Source: Eledone cirrhosa (Eukaryota). Taken from it: DNA of 64,000 nucleotides. A model generated the notes under the pieces. It saw nothing but the letters and a program-made list of their open reading frames with translations. It searched no databases and was not told the DNA's origin. Below, piece after piece: positions 1 to 11,246 of the stretch (the first letter of the stretch is position 1; the number at the start of each line of letters is the position of its first letter). A program made the translations under genes and the position numbers. Location: contig OZ024742.1 of assembly GCA_964016885.1 (NCBI GenBank), positions 117,986,001 to 118,050,000 on the forward strand, written 5' to 3'.

Positions 1-2582
1 TAGCCGCCGCCATCACCATCGCCACAACAACCACCATTCCCACCACCACAACAAATTCCACCGTCCAATCACCACCTCCACCACTATCATCATCACCACT
101 ACCACCACCACCCCAACATCATCAACAATCTTGCTAACAACAATATTGTCACTAGAACCTTATGGGAGATTTCGAATTAACGACATTAATCCCTGATTAA
201 TGATAACAGGTATATTATTACGTTAACCATTTAAATACTGGAAGATAAATATTTATTTACCGAGACACAGAGCAATACCAATTACAAGATACTAAACAGT
301 ACTTTTCAGATGATAACTTAAGATTCCATCAACTCTTGCCACTTGTAGAAAGTTAGTTGGCAGTGTAAAACCGTATGGTGCTGATATAGTTGTCGGTCTC
401 GATATATTACATAGTTTGTTGTAGAGCAAAGAAGTTGTTCCTAATCAATTTGGAAAATTAACACATCTGACTGATATTAATCTAAAAACGTTATAGTTCC
501 CTGGCATTAGTTGAACAGACAAATATTGTGAAACCGGAATCTACTTCAGTTAGTATTAAAGTCATGTCTACACAAAGATGTAAATGAACGCATACGCAAT
601 ATATTTATATTTAAAAAAAGTCTCACTCTGAGTGTTTTACGTTGTGGTCATATCACAGTTGCCTCACTACCCGTCTAAGAGCGCTGTATACATATTTTTC
701 AAGATGTTTATCCATCTTTAGCAACGCTAAACAAATTATATTTATTGAAAGCTTGTTTACATATGGTGTAATTTTTCCTGACTAATTAGTGATATCATTA
801 ACACAACGTGGTTCAAAATAAAGGTGTATATAAATTCATATAAAATATGTTTATATATGAAACATACATATAGACTCACTGTTCGTATTTTAAGATTTAA
901 TCATATCGCAGCTACCATGCTACCCGTATAAAGGTGCTGTATACATGATCAAAAGCTAACTTTTAACGCTTCAAAACACATTAGCAAGACATTCTTTGAC
1001 CCCCATGGCATTAATATCTTAACTCTCTACTATAATACTGCAAATTTTCACAATATGTCCACTAGTAAAGTTGCTATAAACATTTGAACTAACAAACCAG
1101 TTTATAAATATTTTCTGCTAAATAATTGCAGGATGTTAATAGCTAGAATACATAAAAATATTTCATGTGTTCATAAACATTTTTGTTGTGAACTACGCTG
1201 TGTTAGTGCTTTCGCCTATAAATACTACGTCTATGTTCAGTCGTTGTAATTCTCTGGTTACAAGTGCTGCTCTAAGTTCTGGTTGGTTAGATTAAACAAG
1301 ACACAGAATATCTCTAACGTCCCAACAAAAAGGATTAAGCGTGATACGCTCTTTTGTACATAATTTAGTACTGCGATCTTTATTTATTCTATTTCTGCTT
1401 TATTGAACTGCCGTTTGCCGCAGTAAACTAACCATCTGGAATTAAACAGATAATGCACATTTTCTCGCATCTTTCTAATAAACTGGGTTAGCAATACTCT
1501 CATTAATCAGAGCTGCTCAGACACACGTATCTCAGCTGAAATAAGTCTCTGCCATGATAACTATGTTAAGAAAAAACATCTGCCACCTATGTACTAATTT
1601 GTAATTATGTCTCACGTTGGTTTAGTCCATACAACTCATCACCTTTGGATCACTAGAGGACTATAATTGCAAGAAAAAAACACAGGGTGAACAGGTAAGG
1701 ATATATATACACTTGTACGATACTAATTTCAATCCCTTAGTACCCATACTTAAATGTCTAGTAACAAGTAATGGGAAGACCACCAGCAAATTATTCTCAA
1801 ACGCAGACTTTATATCAATACCCCTTCTAGATATTTTCCAATAAAAGAATACCCATAAGTTTGAGTTAAAAGATTCCCTTCTCTGGAGGGTTTTACTGAA
1901 CGCCCAGACACAGGTTTGTGCATTTCTACGCCTCACTAATGTGTAAATGTTAATGTAAATCCATTTATGCATGTCTACTACTGGATGGTCGTTAATTTAC
2001 ATGAATTCGTCCACCATGTACAATAGACACACATAATTACATACTATAAACGCAGATCTGATTAGTAATTATGCCAACTACATTGAGCTTATTATTTACT
2101 GTAAAACACCATATCGTTGTTATATACTACACCAATTCATACTGCAACATATTATATGTGTGATACGATCTGCCCTATGTATTTGTCAATCAACTTATTA
2201 TATATTTTATTTTCTAATTTTTCTTCCACCAATTAGCCTCTCCAATTAAGACTGCCGGTCACGTTCTCCACTAACGAGTTGTTGACTTTATGCAAAAGCC
2301 AATAGATGGTCTCAGAACAGTTTAGACAATGCACAATCAAAATGCGCATTAAATGCATCCTCCAATACTCACACGTATCAGAGCTCCTAGCGCATGAACC
2401 TATATGTTCTAATGACAAACGTTTTACTATTTAGTTTGCAACTTAACCTAATTTACTAGTTGTTAAAGATAATTCGGTTTACATTAAAAGAAAGGAGGAA
2501 TATGCATTCATACACACACACATACATATGCACATACGTATATGCAGGCATGTATAAACAATTTGAGAAAAACAATGAACAC

Positions 2583-2672
2583 ATAATTGTTTCTACTTTT
2601 GGCACAAGGCCAGCAATTACCCAGTGTATTACTGATACTTTATTTTATCGACCCCGTAAGGATGAAAGGCAA
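2583..2672 (-). mobile_element. Dominant SINE, 3' fragment
   Basis: Reverse complement of GCCTTTCATCCTTACGGGGTCGATAAAATAAAG..CTGGCCTTGTGCC..GTAGAAACAATT. A partner fragment lies on + at 2828-2932. Confidence 0.8.
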
Positions 2673-2770
2673 ACAATCAACACATAATGTAGAAGTTAAG
2701 TACATGTACCGTTGATTTCATAGGCGTATATTAAATCAATTGTAAAGCATTAATAAGTCGAACTATTAGT

Positions 2771-2830
<60 letters not shown>

Positions 2831-3133
2831 CGCCGAGGTTAACTTTGCCTTTCATCCTTACGGGTCCGATAAAATAAAGTACCAGTAGTAGACTTGGCTA
2901 ATTGCTGGCCTTGTGCTAAAAGTAGAAACAAATATATATATATATATCGATTTGGAAAAAAGTTCCATGTGGCTAAAAACATACGAATACATAAAAGATA
3001 TGGGTGAAGATAGGAAAATGAATGAATACAGACTGTACCATCTCATCAGTCGACCTCTAGAGATGCGGTGTTTCATTGCTTTAACGACAATGGTGTTACT
3101 TAATTTGACAGAAGGTAATCCCCGGCTTTCACT

Positions 3134-3752
3134 TTATAGGTTTGATACCGAGTGCTGCATGGCTGGAATGAAAATCAGTTCTGCGAAAACTGAGACACAC
3201 GTTCTCTCAAGGAAGCCTGCGCAGTGTACCCTACATGTGAATGGAATTCCATTGAAGCAGGGGGAGAAGTATCTCGAGGTAGTGTTCATGAGTGATGGAA
3301 GGCAGGAGGCTGAATTAAAAACAAGAATTTCATGAGCTAGTGCAGTAATGCGCCAGCTTCGGTATTCGGGAATCAGAAGAAGGGAGGTAGGTGTAAAAGC
3401 CAAACTCATTATCTTCAATTCGGTATTCGGTCCAACTCTAACCTGTGGTCATGAATCTTTGATAATGACCGAAAAAATACGATCGCGAATACAAGCTGCT
3501 GAAATGGGATTCCTCCGAAGGGTCTTCGTAGTAACGTTACTCGATAGAATCAGAGTCGCTCAATGTAGAGCCGCTACTATGGGCATTTGGTTAGAATATC
3601 TCAGGAAAGAATCGCTAGACGAATTTTACGGGCAAAACCAAACAGCAAGAGACCCAGGCGTAGGCCCAGAGTACGATGGTTGGATAACATCCCTGGCAGG
3701 AGTATTTGAGGACTCTGCTCCCACGACCCTCTCAGGAATAAGTGGTTGAATA
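3134..3752 (+). mobile_element. 5'-truncated RTE-clade (Rex3/Expander-like) LINE 3' fragment, decayed, with (TAA)n tail
   Basis: Translates to GMKISSAKTE...KYLEVVFMSDGRQEAELKTRIS*ASAVMRQL...KAKLIIFNSVFGPTLTCGHES...RSRIQAAEMGFLRRV, the C-terminal RT region typical of Rex3/Expander RTEs. In-frame stop at about 3333 and a later frameshift. Followed by (TAA)n at about 3750-3800. Confidence 0.85.
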
Positions 3753-3759
3753 AGGATAA

Positions 3760-3801
<42 letters not shown>

Positions 3802-4028
3802 TTTCTTTATTAACCACAAGGGTTTACATAAAGTAGACATTAAGGACAGTGCCGGACAATACAGGACGGTACAAATGGGCATTTCTGCGTGTAAAAAACA
3901 AAAACAGAGGATGTAACAAAAAAATAACAATGAAAATTCCCCAATAGGGACATTTGTGGAGAAAGCCCAGTAAAAGGCCACAGTGACCCTGACCACCAAG
4001 GCAAGTGCCCTCTCCCAGTTTTCCACCT

Positions 4029-5678
4029 TTAATTTACAGATATATACTCAGAGTATACTCGGACCATTCTTGCTTCTCTCACCCATCTTTCAATAAAATG
4101 CTGGGAAGAGAGCACTTCCCACTCTACTCTGATTTTCCTTTTCAAATGAAATTTGAAAAAGTCAATCAGAGCATCACCGAAGAGGTAAGTGCTCGTCTTC
4201 AGCCCTTTCAAACGTGTCCACCATACTATCTCTTTCGCCATGGCCACCAGACAGATAAAAACTGCCTGCCCTTCCCGGCTAAAGGAGGAGGGCGGGGCAA
4301 TCCTCACGATGGACTCAGATGATAGCCGGATCCGTCCTAAACGCGACAGCAGGTGTTCGACATAAACCCACAAGTCAGCAATTTTCGGACACTGGACGAG
4401 TGCGTGCAGGACGGTTTCGTCGCCCTGCGCGCATCTCGGACATGCCCGGCTGACGGCACCTCCATGCCTGTAGAGTTTATCCCGAACTGGCAAGGCTCCT
4501 CGGTAGCACTGCCAGGCCAGAGATTTCTGGAAGTTGTCCATAGGCCCTGGCCCGAAAGTTCTTCCGAAGAGATTGGCTAGTTGATTTTCGTCGACGCCTA
4601 GAGTTTCCCCAAGTACGTCGTCGCTCTTCCCCTCCACTAATCCTCTATAGAACGCCGAGGTGGAGTTTGAAGAATTGGTCAAGGGCCAATTTCGCCGCAA
4701 GCACGTCGGTCGCAATGCCTTTGCTAAGCGCCTCGTCTAATTTTCTAACTAGTTCTCCCTCTGCTCTATTTTTCTCTATTGCTAAAGCCTTACTAAACCT
4801 AATCGATTCTATTCTAATCGCTCTTTTCAGAGCAAACCACCACTTGTTGTTGACGATGGCCCCCGTCAACGCCCGCTTAACTAGTTCGCTAATCCGGTCT
4901 CTGTAGGCCTTGCGCGCTGGTAAGGACGCGTTTAGCTTCCAGTAGCCGGGTCCTCGTCTATGAAGCCTATCTAAGTCAAGCACACAGGTCACGAATTTGT
5001 GGTCCGTGTAGCTGACTATCTTGAATTGTGGACAGCCTATGCTAGACCTATCTATTTCCCTACAAAATACTCTATCTAGATATGATCTGGATGACCCTAT
5101 GCGGTTTGTCCAAGTCCACATTGGCACATTCGGGAAATCCAATCGGTACCTGTCAGACAGTTCAAAACGCCTGAGCAGGTTGATGAGGCTCTTGCACCCT
5201 CCACCCCTATCCGCTAATCCCACACAGTCCCAGCGTGCATCTAAGATCCCGTTCCAGTCGCCCACTAACACTAAAGAGCGGGACGTTCCAAGAAAGGTCT
5301 CCAGACGCCGGAAGAAATCAGGCCGCCCTGCTCCTGTCGGGGCATAGACGGCCACTAGCCTGAAAGCTTGCCCGTCTCCGCTGGTCACGTCCAGCACCAC
5401 CAGCTTACCCTCTGGGTCCAGGAAGATGGCCCGTATGGCGAGATCCAAACCTCTCCGAAAAAGCACAGCAACTCCACCCCCGATCCAGGACGGCTGGGAG
5501 ATGCGTACACATCGTAGCCGCCGAAGATCGGTGCGAAGGCCCGTGCTTCGGAGATTCTGGTCTCGCTGATGGCCACTACATCTATGTTTAGTAACCTGAG
5601 GTCGTTGAGCAGGTGACCCTGCTTCCATGACGACCCCAAGCCACGCGCATTTATGCTGCCTATTCTGAGTGAGGTCAT
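4029..5678 (-). pseudogene. Tx1 ORF2 remnant: APE endonuclease fused to C-terminal Cys domain, RT deleted
   Basis: APE motifs SINARGL, ISET, GGGVAVL, VYAP, VGDWN, SYLDRV, TDHK and WKLN, with a frameshift at about 5490. At about 4667 the sequence jumps out of frame to LAWQCYRGALPV...CPRCAQGDETVLHALVQC. No YADD/RT motifs lie between. Confidence 0.85.
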
Positions 5679-5713
5679 GTTTAAAATAGAGTGGAAAAGA
5701 TGGGAAAGACCAC

Positions 5714-7672
5714 TTACCGTACTTTTGGTAGAGGAGGGATGGTTTTTACATCCCTTTTCACTTGATCGTCTGGTGAAGGGACTGTTGAATCGTCCCTTCG
5801 GCTGGTCGTCGGCTCTTCTATGAGTATGTCCGAATATACTCTTCGATTGATAGTTCCTCCTAGGTCCCTGAAATCACCAACTGCGTTGGGGAATTTCGTT
5901 TTAATGTTTGTGTATTGTTTCTGTGCTATTTTTAGCAGTCTTATGTTAGTTGGCGTTTTGATTGGTGCTGGTATTATGTAGTCGTGTTGTGAAATGTCTG
6001 TGTGTTCAATTATGTAAGTCATTAGTTTCTTGTTGTGTGTATTTATTGCCGTGCATTTGTTTTTCTGGGGGTGGGGTGTGGTTCTGCTATTTTCTTTGTG
6101 TTTGCGATGTTGGTGCTTGTGGTGGTGGTGTTGAAGGTGTTGTTGGCGGTGGGGTTTTCGCCGGTGGTGATGGTGGTGCTAGTGTGGGTGGTGATGGTGT
6201 TGGTGGTGTTACTGCTGTGAGTCTCTTTGCAGTAGACTTTACCCTTTTCTCATTTCTTTCCTCCCTTTTCAAAGGCGACGATGCGCTGCTTCTGCGTTTG
6301 TGCCTTCTTACGACCTTTTGCCATCCCTCTCCCACCTCGCACTCCATGTCTGATTCTGTGAGGTCGGGGAGGGGTACCAGCTCCACTCTTTCACTTGTTG
6401 TTGTTGGTGATGTTTGCACTGGAGTCTCTGTTGCAGCTGCATTTGGTATTGCTGTTGTTGTTGTTAATATTTCCACTGCTGCTGCTGTTTTTGATTTCCG
6501 TGGCGTGGGTATGGGTGCCACGGACCTATCGTTCCTGGTTGGCGCTTGTCCTGTTGCTGGTAGCCGTGGAGCCGGTTTCGGAAGGAGGGGGGTTTTCTCC
6601 TTTCTCGGGGTCTTCTCGTTGCAGAAGGCCCTGAGGTGAGTCTTCGATCCACAGCGAAAGCATTTCGGGCGTTTTCCCTCAACACTTATGGGCAGTTGAG
6701 TGCCGTTATCGAAGTCTATCACATCCCGGATAGCTTCGATGCACTCCTGGTTGGTTTGGATTAACATCTCAATGGAGGTGCCGACCCAATCTTCTCTTAC
6801 TTTTTTCTGTACTTGCAGTACAGTTGTTTTGTCCTCGATTCCGACGAGGACAGACGCGGCCAGCCAGGGAAGGGGCCATCCCGGGGGGGGGGGGGGGGGA
6901 CGTGGGTGAGTTTGACCCACACAATTTTTTGCCCGCAGTAGGAGGGCACCAACACTATTTCCTCGCTCCTTAGGGTCACTAAGGATTGAGCCTTTGCCTC
7001 CTGGGGTGTGGCAAAAAGTACGTCTACGGTGGCATATTTCTTGCCTCGGGTGATGTGCGTTTTCCGCTGCCACACAGACCCCAAGGCTTTTTGTATTTGT
7101 GTCCTACGGGATTTTGTACTTACTGTACGGTACGTGACCGTACAGTGCTGTTGGGTTTCGAAAAGTTTTTCCGCTGCCTTGAAGATTGGTTTTTCTTTGC
7201 TGCTGTTGTTGTTGTTGTCAGAGCTGCTGTTACTTTTGTTGTTGCTGCAGGTACTACGACTACTGCCTCCGCCGCTGTTGCTGTGGTTGTTGTTGGTGTT
7301 GCTGCTGCTAATGCTGTTGTTGTTTATGCTGCTGCTGATGCTGTTGCGGCTGCTACTGTTGTTTTCATTGTCACTGTTGCTGTTGTTATTACGGCTGCTA
7401 CTGCTATTATTCCTGACGTCAGACGAATGAAATGGGTTTTCGTATTTCCCGCACACCTGTTTCGTCGTTGTCGTCGTCGTCGTGGAGAAATCTTGCACGC
7501 TTTGCACGAGACTTTTCTTTTCTGTCGTCGCTTGCGAAAGAGAAGGGAGGGAGAGAGGCACATTTAAAGAAGGGAGGGAGAGAGACAATCTTCTCTCTGC
7601 TGCAGTGACGATTGAGGAAGAAGAAGACGGAATGAGTGGGAGTGACGTATGAAAATTCATTTTCGTAGCCAT
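5714..7672 (-). pseudogene. Tx1 ORF1 (gag-like), frameshifted
   Basis: ORF pieces 6797-7708, 6087-7073 and 5714-6022 in different frames. Asn/Ser low-complexity N-terminus, CFRCGSKTHLRAFC zinc knuckle (CX2CX4HX4C), Pro/Thr-rich tail. One shift is at the poly-G run at about 6883-6899, which could be a sequencing or slippage artefact. Confidence 0.75.
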
Positions 7673-7888
7673 GTTGTTTTTTTTGTTTAAAATAAATATT
7701 GGGCACAAAACCCCAATAAGCGGTTATTTGACCCCGAAGGGCCAAATAACGGGCAGAAAGACCCCTCTCACGAGGAGGAGGGTGTTTTTGTATACAAGTT
7801 GGTTAAAATTTTAAACAATTTACAATTGTTATAGCGTTCAAAATTTACAGTACCTTACAGAGCCGAGCCTCCGTCAACCATAGCATTC

Positions 7889-7894
7889 AATAAC

Positions 7895-7975
<81 letters not shown>
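7889..7975 (+). repeat. (TAA)n microsatellite between the Tx1 5' end and Dong copy 1
   Basis: Read directly. Further (TAA)n spacers at about 3750-3800, 11176-11245, 13625-13648 and 14183-14226. Confidence 0.95.
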
Positions 7976-10900
7976 CGTAAATAATAATCGTAAATGAGAT
8001 CGTAAATGATAAAGAAATGAATGAGAATGAACTTGCCAACTTGAAGGATGAAATTATGATCGAATGGATGAAAATGAAAGAATCTGACATGGGGAAACGA
8101 GACACCCTCCCTAAGATCCAGAACTCCAAACAGAACCAAAAGATAATACACAAGACTAACATAATTCTCAAAAACATTATCATCACAAACAAACTAAACA
8201 TTACTGATTTAAATCATCTCTATTATGCATCGGCTAAAGTCACCACTCACTTATGTGGAGTGAAGATGAAAAAACAAAGGAGTTCCCACAAGAAATCTAC
8301 TTGGCAAGAGAACATCAATCGCCAAATAAACCTTCTCCGATCTGACATAGAAATTTTAACAAACTATAAAGTAGGTGAACATGTTAAACAAACTAAACTT
8401 AGAAAATTGAAAAAAAAGTACAGTATAAAAACAACATGTGACATAGACATGCTGATAGAAATAATCAAGTAAAAAGTGTCGGCCAAAGCTGCTCGTATAA
8501 GGCGCTTTGAAAAACGATCTAGATTCTATAAGGACAATAATATGTTCAAAAACAACCAAAGAAACTTCTACAGAAAAATTGGTAAGTCAACAATAACTGC
8601 TAAATCAATACCACCCAAGGAGGAAGTGCAAGAATTCTGGGAAAAGATCTGGGCCGAAGAAAAAGTTCATAACATACATGCCCCATGGATAGACAGACAA
8701 ATGAAAGATACAGCTCACCTTGAGGAACAAACATGGGAAAATATAACAGTTGAACAGTTGCGCTTGGCTCTAAGAAAAACCAGCAAATGGAAATCCCCAG
8801 GAAAAGACAAAATACAAAACTTTTGGATAAAGGCCTTCACAGAGTCTCATGAGCTGTTAGCCCAACTTTACAATGAAATAGTTAAGGAGCCAGAAAAGAT
8901 ACCTTCATGGCTATTTAACGGCATTATATTCCTGCTTCCGAAGAATGATGAGACAAACAATCCCAAAAATTACAGACCGATAACTTGCTTGACCACAATG
9001 TATAACATTTTAACATCAGTCCTAACTGAATACACATATGACCACCTGATAACAAATGACCTATTTCCCATTGAGCAGAAAGGGTGTAAACGAGGCTCAT
9101 ATGGCTGTAAGGATCAGCTTCTGGTTAACAAAATGATACTGGAAGATTGTCATAATAGACACAAAAATCTATCGATTGCTTGGATAGATTATAAAAAAGC
9201 ATTCGATAGTTTGCCACACAGTTGGATTGAAAAATGTTTAGAGATTTTCAAAATATCCCCCGTTGTCAGGAGGTTTTGTCATTCAGTATGAAGACATGGA
9301 AAACGACACTCCTTTTGAATAGTGAAACAAAATCACTGGAAGCTGGAGAAGTCAATATTAATTGTGGAATTTTTCAGGGTGACTCTTTATCACCGCTTTT
9401 ATTCTGCATCGCACTTATACCATTAAGTAAAATGCTCAATGAAACAAAACATGGATATAAAGTCTATGACAAAACCATTAATCACCTGTTCTACATGGAT
9501 GACCTGAAACCATTTGCAAAAAATGATGAACAATTGCAAGGGCTATTATCCACTGTGAAGCAGTTCAGTGATGACATTAAAATGGAGTTTGGACTAGATA
9601 AATGCGCCAAAGCAACGTTCACCAGAGGAAAGCTGCTGAAGAGTTCAGACATTAATCTTGATCGGGGGAACGTGATAAGAGAACTTGATCAAGAAAAAAC
9701 TTACAAATATCTAGGTGTTTGTGAAGGAGACGGAATCAAGCACTCGACAATGAGGGAAAGGATAAGGAAGGAATGTTACTGCAGAGTAAGAGCAATCTTA
9801 ACAACGGAATTGAATGCAAGGAATAGGATCGATGCCATAAACACGCTTGCCATACCAGTAGTAACCTACAGTTACAATGTCATCAACTGGTCAAGCACAG
9901 AGATCCGTAGGCTCGATACAAAAATTCGAAAATTCTTAACCATGCACAGAATGCATCACCCTAAGGCAGATATAGATAGAATATATCTCCCTAGGAAAGA
10001 AGGAGGACGTGGGTTAATCCAGTTAGACATTGCGTTGAAAACTGCAACAATTGGATTATCTACATATCTAAGGGAATCACATGATTGGATGATCAAACTC
10101 GTTTTGAAACACGAAAGCATCAAAAGATCATATTCCATTACAAAAGATGCACAAAGATACAGTAATGGACTACAAATTTCAGAAGTCCCATTTACTGCTG
10201 AAATGGAAAACACAGAAAAAGCAAAGCAGGTAAAAGTAACTGCAAAGAAAGAACTGCTACAGAAACTGGCTAAGAAATTGCAAGAAAAGCCTCTGTATGG
10301 AAAATACCCAGAGCGAGCTAACAATCCTGATGTTGACAAAACTTTAACCCAACAGTGGTTGGCATCTTCTGGACTGAAATCGGAGACTGAAGGACTGATT
10401 ATATCGGCACAAGATCAGTGTCTGCCAACAAAAAATTACCAAGCCAACATAATAAAAAATGGGTGCAGCCCATTATGCCGAGTATGCAAAAAACAACCAG
10501 AGACCATTGACCATATAATTTCAATATGCAGTCCTATAGCTCCAACCGAATACCTAAACAGGCATGACAGAGCTGCACAATACATACATTGGATAATGTG
10601 TAAGCATTTTGACCTGCCCCATCAAAAGAATTGGTGGGAGCATCAACCACCTCCCATACTTGAAAAAGATCACATCTCAATCTTGTGGAACTTTAGCATC
10701 CAAACAGACCGAAAAATAGATGCAAACAGACCTGATATAATATTGAAAGACTTTCAAAAGAGGGTATGCCTGCTAATTGATATGTCTGTTCCAATAGACA
10801 AGAATGTATCTATAAAAACATTTGAAAAATTGAGCAAGTATAAGGACCTGGAGATAGAAATTGGAAAAATGTGGAAATTGAGAACTAAAACAATACCAGT

Positions 10901-11166
10901 GGTTGTAGGCGCTCTGGGAATGATACCTAAGGGGTCTAATGATTACTTATCGCAAATCCCAGGAAACCCGCGTATAGGAGAAATACAAAAGATAGTACTA
11001 ATGGGAACTGCCCATATACTAAGGAAGTACATCACAAGTCTAAACACTAAAGATGCATGTGTGAATATGTATGTTCTTTCTTGAACATGGCGGACCTTGT
11101 TGTCTCTTGAGGTCACTGGTTGTGACTTGGTGATAACTCGTATGAACATAAAGCAAGATAAATGCA
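7976..11166 (+). mobile_element. Dong/R4-clade non-LTR retrotransposon copy 1 (RT + CCHC + restriction-like endonuclease), mutated
   Basis: RT motifs NYRPITCL, WIDYKKAFDS, GIFQGDSLSPLLF and FYMDD; CRVC..ETIDHIISIC knuckle; RLE RPDIILKD..IDMSVP..KYKDL. Premature TAA at 8470, a 1-bp deletion at about 9275 relative to copy 2, and a 16-bp deletion removing the native stop at about 11028. Confidence 0.93.
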
Positions 11167-11175
11167 ACTGTAGTA

Positions 11176-11242
<67 letters not shown>

Positions 11243-11246
<4 letters not shown>

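Larger units (their letters stand above)
3798..7888 (-). mobile_element. Tx1/L1-clade non-LTR retrotransposon with both ends and ORF1 but internally deleted ORF2 (no RT)
   Basis: Has a 5' UTR, ORF1 with a CCHC knuckle, an APE endonuclease, a C-terminal zf-RVT-like region and a 3' UTR ending AATAAAGAAATC(ATT)n. Flanked by (TAA)n on both sides. Confidence 0.9.

Noticed and set aside
619-946. Diverged direct repeat of about 75 bp (619-693 vs 872-946)
   Set aside because: Only two degenerate copies with no regular spacer structure; not CRISPR-like and probably an old local duplication.
1640-2420. Faint resemblance to Helitron Rep motifs (YY..LHE..LHTIN)
   Set aside because: Needs several frameshifts and matches only a few residues; not supportable by eye.
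4005-7745. Plus-strand ORFs overlapping the Tx1 element
   Set aside because: Antisense shadows of the minus-strand coding sequence and low-complexity repeats.
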